NCBI GenBank assembly: GCA_964016885.1
Contig: OZ024740.1
Coordinates: forward strand, 378,200,001-378,264,000
Direction: 5' to 3'
Source: Eledone cirrhosa
Taxonomy: Eukaryota
DNA length: 64,000 nucleotides
Part shown: positions 1 through 12,800 of the stretch, piece by piece
Layout: each line of letters starts with the position of its first letter
Position numbering within the stretch: the first letter of the stretch is position 1
The notes under the pieces: model-generated
Told to the model about the DNA's origin: nothing
Database searches by the model: none
What the model saw: only the letters and a program-made list of their open reading frames with translations
Position numbers and translations under genes: made by a program

Positions 1-85
1 GATTTGACATACCGTTCAACACCGACTTGTATTTGCCAAATCAACTTTTTCAAATACAAGTCGGTGTTGAACGGTATGTCAAATC
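1..85. repeat. Perfect 35-bp inverted repeat with a 15-nt loop (may extend beyond the window edge)
   Basis: 1-35 gatttgacataccgttcaacaccgacttgtatttg is the exact reverse complement of 51-85. Confidence 0.97.
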
Positions 86-112
86 TATTTATCTATAAAA
101 CTGTCTATATTG

Positions 113-178
113 TATTTTGTCTGAGGAAGGCATAACATATTGTTAATATGATATCCCTGAAATATATATAATGAAATA
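113..178 (+). ncRNA. Type I hammerhead ribozyme (minimal, PLE-type)
   Basis: Stem I 113-120/171-178; core CUGAGGA 121-127; stem II 128-158; GAAA 159-162; short palindromic stem III (ATATATAT 162-169); AUA cleavage triplet ending at 170. Confidence 0.75.
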
Positions 179-218
179 AATATGGTTTTATAAATATAGT
201 TTCCATTTATTTAATATC

Positions 219-985
<767 letters not shown>

Positions 986-1031
986 AATTAGTTTTGCGAG
1001 GTTTTTTATATGAAATCGTGTGTCGAAACAG

Positions 1032-1642
1032 ATATTGTTATATTTGGGGAGGGTCATATTTGCGTAATATTGCCAGAATTAATAACAGAACACACTCACT
1101 GTTTGGTTGGTTTTCGCTTCTCGCTGTCTTTTATATATATATATCTGCGATCTAACTTACTCGGTCCTCAATGTTGCCATTGACTGACCGGCGGTCAAAA
1201 TAATACAGATACAATATAGACAAACACATATATATATAGTTTACATAAATCTTTCGTTGCACATCTGCAACATCGTCAGTGGTGTTATATTCATTGTTCC
1301 TCCTGTTGTGTTGTATGTCTACGCCATTTTTTTTGTTCAAAAAAAATGGCGTAGACATACAACACAACAGGAGGAACAATGAATATAACACCACTGACGA
1401 TGTTGCAGATGTGCAACGAAAGATTTATGTAAACTATATATATATGTGTTTGTCTATATTGTATCTGTATTATTTTTGACCGCCGGTCAGTCAATGGCAA
1501 CATTGAGGACCGAGTAAGTTAGATCGCAGATATATATATATAAAAGACAGCGAGAAGCGAAAACCAACCAAACAGTGAGTGTGTTCTGTTATTAATTCTG
1601 GCAATATTACGCAAATATGACCCTCCCCAAATATAACAATAT
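1032..1642. repeat. ~305-bp-arm near-perfect palindrome (centre 1336/1337), probably PLE terminal-repeat derived
   Basis: 1032-1335 is the reverse complement of 1338-1642 apart from a 1-nt indel in an A/T run; 2-nt spacer. Confidence 0.95.
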
Positions 1643-1667
1643 ATATATATATGTATATATATATATG

Positions 1668-1698
<31 letters not shown>

Positions 1699-2540
1699 CT
1701 ATAGAAATAGTGGACAGCTTCCGTTACCTGGGCGATAAAATCAGCAGTGGGGGAGGGTGCTCTGAAAGTACTGTAGCTAGAGTCAGAACTGGTTGGAAAA
1801 AGTTCAGAGAGCTTATACCACTATTAGCTGCTAAAGGGTTCTCCCTAAAAATGAAAGGCAGGTTGTACGATGCCTGCATACGAACAGCAATGTTTGCATG
1901 GTAGTGAGACCTGGGCATTGTGTGCAGAGGATATACGCAGACTAGAGAGGAACGAAGCTTGCATGCTCCGCTGGATGTGTAACAGTAATATACGTGAACG
2001 GCAAAGCATAAACGAACTAAGGAAAAAATTAGAGATAAGAGGGATCAGATGTTGTTTACTCGAGAGAAGGCTGCGTTGGTATGGACACGTGATGCGCATG
2101 AAAGTCGATAGCTGTATAACAAAGTGCAGGGCAATAAAGATAGACGGTAGCCACGGAATAGGCAGACCTAGAAAAACATGGGATGAGCTGATAAACTCCG
2201 ACCTCACACACTTACACCTCTCCAAGACAATGTCACTGGACCGAGACCTTTGGCGGTACTCAGTAACAGAAGACCCGCCTTGCCAGTAGGCATCTCTAAC
2301 AAAATACACCCCGTCCAACCACCACCCCCACCCCATCCACACCACCCCGTTCTATGTAAACTATGTAAAGTTATGTTGGTGCCGCGCCATCCAGGCCGAA
2401 ACAAATGAGATCGTGTAGGTGTCACGACAAAAAACACACAGTCCACGCTGTAATGTGGCCGTGTAGGCAACACGGTAAAAACCTCCCAGACCCACACTGT
2501 AAATGTGGTTGGTGTTAGGAAGGGCATCCAACTGTAGAAA
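1699..2540 (+). mobile_element. RTE-clade LINE family B, 5'-truncated; its 3' UTR resumes at 5523-5715
   Basis: VDSFRYLGD...MLHGSETW...RRLRWYGHV...GRPRKTW with a frameshift at ~1893; 3' UTR shared with other B copies. Confidence 0.92.
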
Positions 2541-4285
2541 TAGTACATGTAGCAACATCAACAAAAACAAGAAACATAATAATAGTAACAACCACAATGG
2601 TAGAAATAGCAGTAACAACAACAACAATAACGGTGAAGTAAACAACAATACATCTAGCAATCATAACAATAATAATATTAATGCTAATGATAGAAACAAC
2701 AACCACCACCATGATAACAATAATAGCAACACACACAACTATGACGATAGAAATAACGACAACCCCTTAGAGAAACTATTTTTCAACCCAGCTGACAAAA
2801 CATATAAGATGGGTAATATCTATCCTACGAGGTTACCCTTTAATAAAAGAGTTTGCATACCACAGCAAATAGATGACGAGACGGAGGCACAGTTCACCAT
2901 AGCTAGAAATAAGATTAGACAAGTAGTAGACAGGTACACTATGAGACAGAGCAGACCAGAGGCCCAACAACTTGGGATAAAACCTGTAGAAGGCTTGGTT
3001 AGCCTCAAGCAGCGCACAAGGGATGGTGAGGTAGTGTGTCTACCCACAGATAAGTCTGGTAGGATGTCAATAGATAGCATGCCGAACTACATCGAGGCAA
3101 TGCAACCCCACATCACCAACACGAGCGAAGTTGCACAACTAACACACGATGGGAGAGAAAAAATCCTCAACGCTCACATGATGATGTGGACTGACATCCG
3201 AAAGCCAAGCAGACGCACTGCCAACAACTTACAGGCGTCTAACAATGGCATACCACCCTTGTATGGGCTCCGCAAAGACCACAAGACAGTCGACGACCCG
3301 ACAACAAGACCCGTATGCGGAGCTAATATAGCTAGCAAATACAGGATCTCCTACTTCCTCTCAATGGTTATACGCCCCATAATCAAGATGTCCCCAGATG
3401 TATGTGAAAGTACAGAGGACCTCCTCAGCAGAATCAGTGAGTGCAACAAAAACAGGAGCCTATCCAACTGCATAATAGGCAGCATGGATGTAGTGTCACT
3501 GTACCCATCCATTAACATTGATTTTGCTGTGAAAAGATGTGTGGAGATGATCATTGAGAGTGAGGTGGAGTTCTGCGACGTCGACACAGACGAACTGGGC
3601 CTCCTACTTAGACTTACCTACGACACTGACTACCTAGACAGCCATGACCTTAGATGTTTCTGCCCTAGTAGACCTAATGGCTAAAAAGACTCCCATAGGA
3701 AGGTGGATTGGGTGGACCAAAGCCATACGGACCCCCCAAAACACTGATCAGGTAAGAAAAATGGTCGCACATGCAATAGGGGCTAGTATCAAAACTACCC
3801 TAAAGGGCCACATATTTAAGTTCAATGAGAAAATCTACACCCAAAATGAGGGAGCAGCCATCGGCGTCAGCATAGCTGGTGATGTTGCCAACCTTTTCAT
3901 GGTATGGTGGGAAAGGAGACTTAAAGATCTCCTTAATGAAAGCTCCATAGACCTCATCATGTACTCTCGTTATGTAGACGATATCAATATAGTTATAAGA
4001 ACACCCCCACTAGAGAGCACTAACAAGTTTGATTTAGAACGTAGCACGATGGAAAGCATCCAGCAGATAGCTAATTCCATACACCAGAGTATAACTGTAA
4101 CTATAGACTTCCCTTCCAAACACCCTAACAATAGACTACCTGTATTAGACACAGAACTCTGGATTAACACTATAGACGAGAGAGCCCAAATTCTCCACTC
4201 ACACTATGCTAAACCCATGGCCTCCAAATACCTGATACTCAAAAACTCAGCAATGTCCAGTAGTGCTAAGTTTAATATTCTGATC
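2541..4285 (+). mobile_element. Penelope-like element reverse transcriptase remnant (possibly Naiad-like), frameshifted and 3'-truncated before the endonuclease
   Basis: PTDKSG (DKG motif), PPLYGLRKDHK, RPVC, SMDVVSLYPSI, YTQNEGAAIG, YSRYVDD, LPVLD, HYAKPM; long RT3-RT4 insert; Asn-rich N-terminal tract. Confidence 0.88.
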
Positions 4286-4304
4286 GTTAAACGTTGATGA
4301 TGAT

Positions 4305-4306
4305 AC

Positions 4307-4337
<31 letters not shown>

Positions 4338-4370
4338 CATATATATACATATATATATATATACATATAC

Positions 4371-4417
<47 letters not shown>

Positions 4418-4428
4418 CATATATATAT
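4305..4428. repeat. (TA)n/(TACA)n microsatellite
   Basis: Direct reading. Confidence 0.95.
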
Positions 4429-4746
4429 ATTGTTATATTTGGGGAGGGTCATATTTGCGTAATATTGCCAGAATTAATAACAGAACACACTCACTGTTTG
4501 GTTGGTTTTCGCTTCTCGCTGTCTTTTATATATATATATCTGCGATCTAACTTACTCGGTCCTCAATGTTGCCATTGACTGACCGGCGGTCAAAAATAAT
4601 ACAGATACAATATAGACACAAACACATATATATAGTTTACATAATTTACATAAATCTTTCGTTGCACATCTGCAACATCGTCAGTGGTGTTATATTCATT
4701 GTTCCTCCTGTTGTGTTGTATGTCTACGCCATTTTTTTTTTGTTCA
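4427..4746. repeat. Third copy of the palindrome arm (same orientation as 1032-1338)
   Basis: Near-identical to 1032-1338, with small indels including a tttacataa duplication. Confidence 0.95.
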
Positions 4747-4750
4747 GTCT

Positions 4751-5522
<772 letters not shown>

Positions 5523-5714
5523 CACGGTAAAAACCTCCCAGACCCACACTGTAAATGTGGTTGGTGTTAGGAAGGGCATCCAACTGTAGAAAACCTGCCA
5601 GACAGTCCTATGCGAGCAAGACAATCACTCTTGCCTCAAGTGGGACTACCCCCGTCCAAACCCATGCAAGCGTGGAACACGGACGTTAAACGTTGATGAT
5701 GATGATGATGATGA

Positions 5715-5715
<1 letters not shown>
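5523..5715 (+). mobile_element. RTE family B 3' UTR with (GAT)n tail
   Basis: Matches the 3' ends of other B copies; ends cggacgttaaacgttgatgatgat. Confidence 0.9.
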
Positions 5716-5800
<85 letters not shown>

Positions 5801-5802
<2 letters not shown>

Positions 5803-7055
5803 AAATTAACCTGGCTAAGACTAAAGTTCTAGTTTGTAGGAAAGAAAATAAGGCGGCGGTCCCATCTGGGAAATGGCCATGCTCAGTGTGTAGGAAAGGC
5901 GTAGGTAGAAACTCCATTTTATGTCCCAAATGCAAAGTATGGGTGCATAAAAGTTGTAGTGGGATCACAGGTAAGCTAACTAAGAACATAGATTTTACAT
6001 GTGGCCGGTGCTCTGGTGCAATAAGTAGCAGCTAGCGCCCACAAAATACTACCTCCTTCAACTGCGCAGAGGGTTCTATAGAAATAGTGGACAGCTTCCG
6101 TTATCTGGGTGACAAAATCAGCAGTGGGGGAGGGTGCTCTGAAAGTACAGTAGCTAGAGTCAGAACTGGATGGAAAAAGTTCAGAGAGCTTATACCACTA
6201 TTAGCCGCTAGAGGGTTCTCCCTAAAAATGAAAGGCAGGTTATACGATGCCTGCATACGAACAGCAATGCTGCATGGCAGTGAGACCTGGGCATTGTGTG
6301 CAGAGGATATACGCAGACTAGAGAGGAACGAAGCTTGCATGCTCCGCTGGATGTGCAATAGTAATATACGTGAACGGCAAAGCATAAACGAACTAAGGAA
6401 AAAATTAGAAATAAGAGGGATCAGATGTTGTTTACTCGAGAGAAGGCTACGTTGGTACGGTCACGTGATGCGCATGAAAGACGACAGCTGTATAACAAAG
6501 TGCAGGGCAATAAAGATAGACGGTAGCCACGGAGTAGGCAGACCCAGAAAAACATGGGACGAGCTGATAAATTCCGACCTCACACGCTTACACCTCTCCA
6601 AGACAATGTCACTGGACCGAGACCTTTGGCGGTACTCAGTAATAGAGAAGACCCGCCTTACCTAAATACAAAGTAAAAACCTACTACAGTCAGTAGGCAT
6701 CTCTATCAAAACACACCCCCGTCCCACCACCTCCACCTCACCCACACCGCCCCTTTCAATGTAAAGTTATGTTGGTCCCATAACATCCAGGCCGAAACAA
6801 ATGAGATCGTGTAGGTGTCACGACAAAAAACACACAGTCCACGCTGTAAATGTGGCCGTGTAGGCAACACGGTAAAAACCTCCCAGCCCCACACTGTAAA
6901 TGTGGTTGGTGTTAGGAAGGGCATCCAACTGTAGAAAACCCGCCAGACAGTCCTATGCGAGCAAGACAACCACTCTTGCCTCAAGTGGGAAAACCCCCGT
7001 CCAAACCCATGCAAGCGTGGAACACGGACGCTAAACCTGATGATGATGATGATGA
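5801..7055 (+). mobile_element. RTE family B, 5'-truncated, with (GAT)n tail
   Basis: [21 protein letters not shown]...KTRLT*; one in-frame TAG at ~6033. Confidence 0.94.
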
Positions 7056-7564
7056 TATATATATATGTATATATATATATATATGTATATATATGTATAT
7101 ATATATATATATGTATATATATGTATATATATATATATATGTATATATATGTATATATATATATATATGTATATATATGTATATATATATATATATGTAT
7201 ATATATGTATATATATGTATATGTATATATATGTATATGTATATATATGTATATATATGTATATATATGTATATATATGTATATATATGTATATATATGT
7301 ATGTATAGATATATATATGTATGTATAGATATATATATGTATGTATAGATATATATATGTATGTATAGATATATATATGTATGTATAGATATATATATGT
7401 ATGTATAGATATATATATGTATGTATAGATATATGTATGTATGTATAGATATATATATGTATGTATAGATATATATATGTATGTATAGATATATGTATGT
7501 ATGTATAGATATATATATGTATGTATAGATATATATATGTATGTATAGATATATATATGTATGT

Positions 7565-7618
<54 letters not shown>

Positions 7619-7957
7619 GTATATATATATATGTATATATATGTATGTATGTATATATATGTATGTATAGATATATATATGTATGTATAGATATATATAT
7701 GTATGTATAGATATATATATGTATGTATAGATATATATATATGTATGTATAGATATATATATGTATGTATAGATATATATATGTATATATATGTATGTAT
7801 AGATATATATATGTATGTATAGATATATATATGTATATATATGTATGTATAGATATATATATGTATATATATATATGTATGTATAGATATATATATGTAT
7901 ATATATATATATATATGTATATATATGTATGTATAGATATATATATGTATATATATG

Positions 7958-7992
<35 letters not shown>

Positions 7993-8246
7993 GTATATAT
8001 GTATATATATATATGTATATATATATATGTATATATATATATGTATATATATATATGTATATATATATATGTATATATATATATGTATATATATATATGT
8101 ATATATATATATGTATATATGTATATGTATATATGTATATGTATATATGTATATGTATATATGTATATGTATATATGTATATGTATGTATAGATATATAT
8201 ATCTATATATATGTATGTATATGTATGTATATATATGTATGTATAG

Positions 8247-8280
<34 letters not shown>

Positions 8281-8382
8281 GTATATGTATATATATGTAT
8301 ATGTATGTGTATGTATATGTATGTATAGATATATATATCTATATATATGTATGTATATGTATGTATATATATGTATGTATAG

Positions 8383-8416
<34 letters not shown>

Positions 8417-8570
8417 GTATATGTATATATATGTATATGTATGTGTATGTATATGTATATATATGTATATGTATATGTAGATATATGTGTATATATATGT
8501 ATATATATATGTATATGTAGATATGTATGTATATATATATATGTATGTATGTATGTATATATGTGTATGA
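7056..8570. repeat. (TA)n-derived microsatellite with a 20-bp higher-order unit (atatatatgtatgtatagat) at ~7290-7560
   Basis: Direct reading. Confidence 0.97.
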
Positions 8571-8589
8571 AGGAAAACTCTGATATAAC

Positions 8590-8935
8590 ACCTGCAACCC
8601 TGATGGTATCCAATGATGTTGACTTGTTCTTCTTTTTGGTAAATATCATCTTAGTTAAGAGAGTGGGACTGGCTTTGTGCAGTGCCTTTGCTCACTATAA
8701 AAGCTTCACGGCACAGGCATTGCTTTATATCTGGAGATCTCTCTGCACTTGTCGTCACATGATACCATGGGCCCAGCACTATGTGCCAATAATTGTCACA
8801 AGTGTAGTGTTTGTACCAGAGTTTTCAAGTCGCTGGCTGGACTAAAAAGTCACACTCGTTCAGCGCATCGGTAGGGGTTCTCCTACATGGATATAGAGTA
8901 GTGGCCGTACTCGAAAACGAGTTGGCAGCCACCAT
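8590..8935 (+). mobile_element. Probable LINE (RTE-type) 3' end or derived SINE with a C2H2 zinc-finger remnant
   Basis: 8797-8874 encodes [25 protein letters not shown]; no splice context. Confidence 0.5.
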
Positions 8936-9679
8936 GTGTATGTGTATATATGCAATTTTCCATAAAACTTTGTTTGACATAACACTTCCAATTGGGTCAC
9001 AAAACTGGAAATTAATGCTTTCTTTGTCCACTTCCTCCCTACCTCTCACACTGCATTCTTTTTTTTGTGTTATCTCTTTCCTTTCTCTTTGCTCATCTCA
9101 AACATTTCGTTTCTCACTTTCCTCTCTCACTCTCTGAACTCATTTCCCTCTCTTTCTCAACTCATCCTCCTCTCTCATTCTTGCTGCCCACCACCCTGTT
9201 TATTTACTATTAGTTCACTTTTATCAACTATCTCTATTTGTCATATATTTTACTTTGTTATTATTCTTTTATAGACATTAAATGTTCCTGTGACCCATAT
9301 GCGCTGCTGTTTGGAACTCTATTCAGATCTTCGATTACTTACATCCCCGGAAGAAACTCTGAAGTCGGAAAGTTTTTTCCGTTGCAATAAAGTAATATAT
9401 TAGAGATAATTTTAAATACTGCCACTTAATAGTAGATTATTGTGACTGTACAATATACACATCAATTAATTTTTGTTCAATATCTGATGTTATGCTTCGT
9501 ACTAAATAGATTTTTAAGCACCAATCATTTGATGTAAGAAGAATTGTGTGACATCTAAATATACTTCTTGTTGGTTTATTATTGATTTAGTAAGCTATAG
9601 TTAAATTTTGACTGTGTTTAACCATTGTTTGTACAAGAGAGGTACAATCAATTGCTGGTTTTATTTTTTGTTGCAATAG

Positions 9680-9800
9680 GTTTTCATCGAATATTCTGGC
9701 AATGAAGATTCTGATGTGACTTTTACAAGAAGTAAATTCTACAAATTACTAGATAGACATCAAAATACTATTCGTATTTACATGAATATACCATCCAAAA
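9680..9800 (+). CDS. USP47: USP47 exon ([40 protein letters not shown])
   Basis: aatag| acceptor, |gtgagt donor; phase 0 to 1. Confidence 0.92.
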
Positions 9801-12800
9801 GTGAGTATTTAAATTTTTTGAATGTTTATCACAAGTTATTTTTAACAAATTTATATTCTATTTTCTAATTTTTTTTTTTTATTTGCTTTTAAGTGCAAGT
9901 TGGAGACTATAAGAATCATGCCAACTACTTGTCATACTCAAAAAATAATTCTGCAATCAGCAATAGTGATGATTCTCCTGGGTCTCCTGTAAAGAACTTT
10001 AAAAATGACTACAGAAAGGAAGAGTATACAAGAGATGTAATTTCGTGCTGTGATGACAATTCGGCTTATCCTGCTGCTGTGATTGGTGCTGATGGAGCAT
10101 CTGGGCCTCATGAGATGGATGGTACCACTCCAATCATCAGATCAAATACAGATTTTTCAACTACCTCTTCTGCAACAAACTCAAAGACATATTTACCATT
10201 AACAACTACAGGAAGCAATATAATACATACAAAAATGGAGCAATTAAACTTCCATCCTTCAGAAACAGAAGGTTACACACACAGTGATAGTGGTAATGTG
10301 GTGTCTTATTGTACTGATGACATTGCCAGTCCCTCCACAGGCCGGGAATCAATGGATGAAAGTCCATTGACTTCACCACTAGTTGATAGCATGCCAGTTA
10401 TTAGTCCATTAACTCCAAACTATAGAGATGATAACTCTGAGGACATAAATAATTGCAATAAGTTTTCTACTGATATTAGAGAATGGTGCACAGTATCCAT
10501 CCCTCTGGAAAATATGATCATGGATGACTGGGTCATCGAATCTAGCCAAAACAATATTGATGTTATAGGCTCTGATAGAGCCATGAGGGATGGTAAAGAT
10601 GACTTAGTTGCCAATGATACTTTAAATTCAGTATCAGTAGAAGAGAATTGTGAACTGAACTCATCAATTCAATGTGAAAAAGATAGTGATAGTGTTTGTA
10701 ACCATGAATGTATTGACAAAGAATTGGACAGTGAGGAATACAGACGATATTTTGAAGCAACAGAAAATACAGATACTCTTGGTCAAAGAAGTAAGTAACA
10801 ATGTTTCAACCCTTCTTTAATATTATCCACAGGTGTTTATCTCCTGTATCATCCAGTATATTTGAAATATGATTTGGTATTAATGTCAGGTTTTATAAAC
10901 CTTCTGCAACATCCAGTACTTGTTTTAACATCCAGAATTTCTTCCTTCTTCGATTCCTTTTATGTATAGATTAAGAGTCACATTTTCCATCTTTACAATT
11001 TCCAAATACCCATTCAGCAACATTGCTCTCCTCCAATTGTAATCAACTTTTTTTTTCTTTCATTGTCTGAAATTTATTCCATTTATTTTTCCAGTCTCTC
11101 ACAAATTACTCCAAAACTCTAAATTGTCTTGTTTAACTTTTAGTTTCAATTCTACAGTAAATTTGTTGCTTTTAGTAATTTTCTCACAAAATGACAATAT
11201 TTAAATGCATATACAAAGACCAATGCATCATCATCATCATCACCGTTTTACGTCCGTTCCTCCACGCTAGCATGGGTTATACGGGTTGTCCTGTTGTGGG
11301 CAGTGTCTGGTCGGCTGACCATGCCTTGCTCATACAGGAACTGATATGGCTTGATTTCTACAGCTGGATGCCCTTCCTAACACCAACCTCATTTACAGTG
11401 AGTGCTGGGTGCTTTTTCGTGGCACCTACACGTCCACTTTACAGTGTGGGCTGGGTGCTTTTTTGCCGTGGCACCTCCACGACCACCTTGTGGTGGGGGT
11501 TGTGGGGGCATATTGTCTATATGCTTCAGCTTGTACCCATGAGAGGTCGGGTACTCTGTATCACCTCATCCCAGGTCATCTTGGGTCTCCCCACTCCGCG
11601 GTTTCCATCGACTTCTAGTGCTCTGCACCTTTTTATGCAGCTGTCATCCTTCATATGCATCACATGTCCATACCAGCGCAACCACCTCTCCTGCACACAG
11701 CATTTGATTCCTCTTATGCTCAGTCTCTCTCTCAATTCATTTATGCTTTGTCGTTCGCGTATATTACTATTACACATCCAACGGAGCATGCAGGCTTTGT
11801 TTCTCTCTAATCTACGTAAGTCTTCCACCTTCAGCGCCCAGGTCTCACTACCATGCAACATTACTGTTCGGATACACACATCATACAGTCTGCCTTTCAT
11901 TCTGAGGGAGAAGCCTTTTGCAGCTAGCAGTGGTAGTAGTTCCCTAAACTTCTTCCATCCCGTTCTTACCCTAGTTATTGTACTTTCTGAACACCCACCT
12001 CTGCTGCTAATTCGGTCACCTAGGTAGCAGAAGCTGTCTACTGTTTCTACAGAGCCCTCCCAGAGATTGGTGGTACTTGTTTCCTGTGGCTGTTTGCTGC
12101 TTGCTGTCCCAGCACAGCTGCTGCATGTGAATCCTACATTCTTAATTAAGCTTCCTGAGATCCCGCTACATCTCTTGTGTACCCATTGTTTGCATTTGGG
12201 GCAGAGAATGGAGTTCCTACCTACACCTTTCCTACATACTGAGCAAGGCCATTTCCCTGAGGGGATCTGGGTTCTGTCTTCTCGTCTACTTACAAGGACC
12301 TTAGTCTTTGTCATGTTGACTTTGAGACCCTTTCTTTCTAGTCCCTGCTTCCAAGTTTGGAATTTCTTCTCTAGTTCTACCATAGATTCAGCTATAAGTG
12401 CGAGGTCATCAGCATACAGGAATTCCCATGGGCATCCGGTCTTAAACTCCTCCGTTATTGCCTGCAGGACTATGATGAATAGGAGGGAGCTAAGAACAGA
12501 GCCCTGGTGGACCCCAACCTGTATGCTAAATTCCTCGCTATACTGACTGCTCCCCTATACATGGCTTGTACAGCTTTCACAAGCCATTCATCTACTCCTA
12601 GTTTGCTAAGAGCCCACCAGATTACAGCACGTGGAACTCTGTCAAAGGCTTTCTCAAGGTCGACAAATGCCAAGTAGAGTGGCTTACTTTTAGCTAGGTA
12701 CTTTTCTTGTAACTGCCTCACAAGGAAGAGGGCATCAGTGGTGCCTCTTCCTGGTACAAACCCAAATTGCATCTCATCTAGTTTCACCCGGTCCCTAATC

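Noticed and set aside
1152-1503. Mirror-image ORFs on both strands ([10 protein letters not shown]...)
   Set aside because: A trivial consequence of the palindrome; no coding evidence.
8797-8874. C2H2 zinc finger as a host gene exon
   Set aside because: Single finger with a stop, upstream stops and no splice sites; typical of a LINE C-terminus.
11191-12027. Antisense ORFs over LINEs (also 20406-21194, 61195-61842 and others)
   Set aside because: Shadow frames of RT coding sequence, repeated in each copy.
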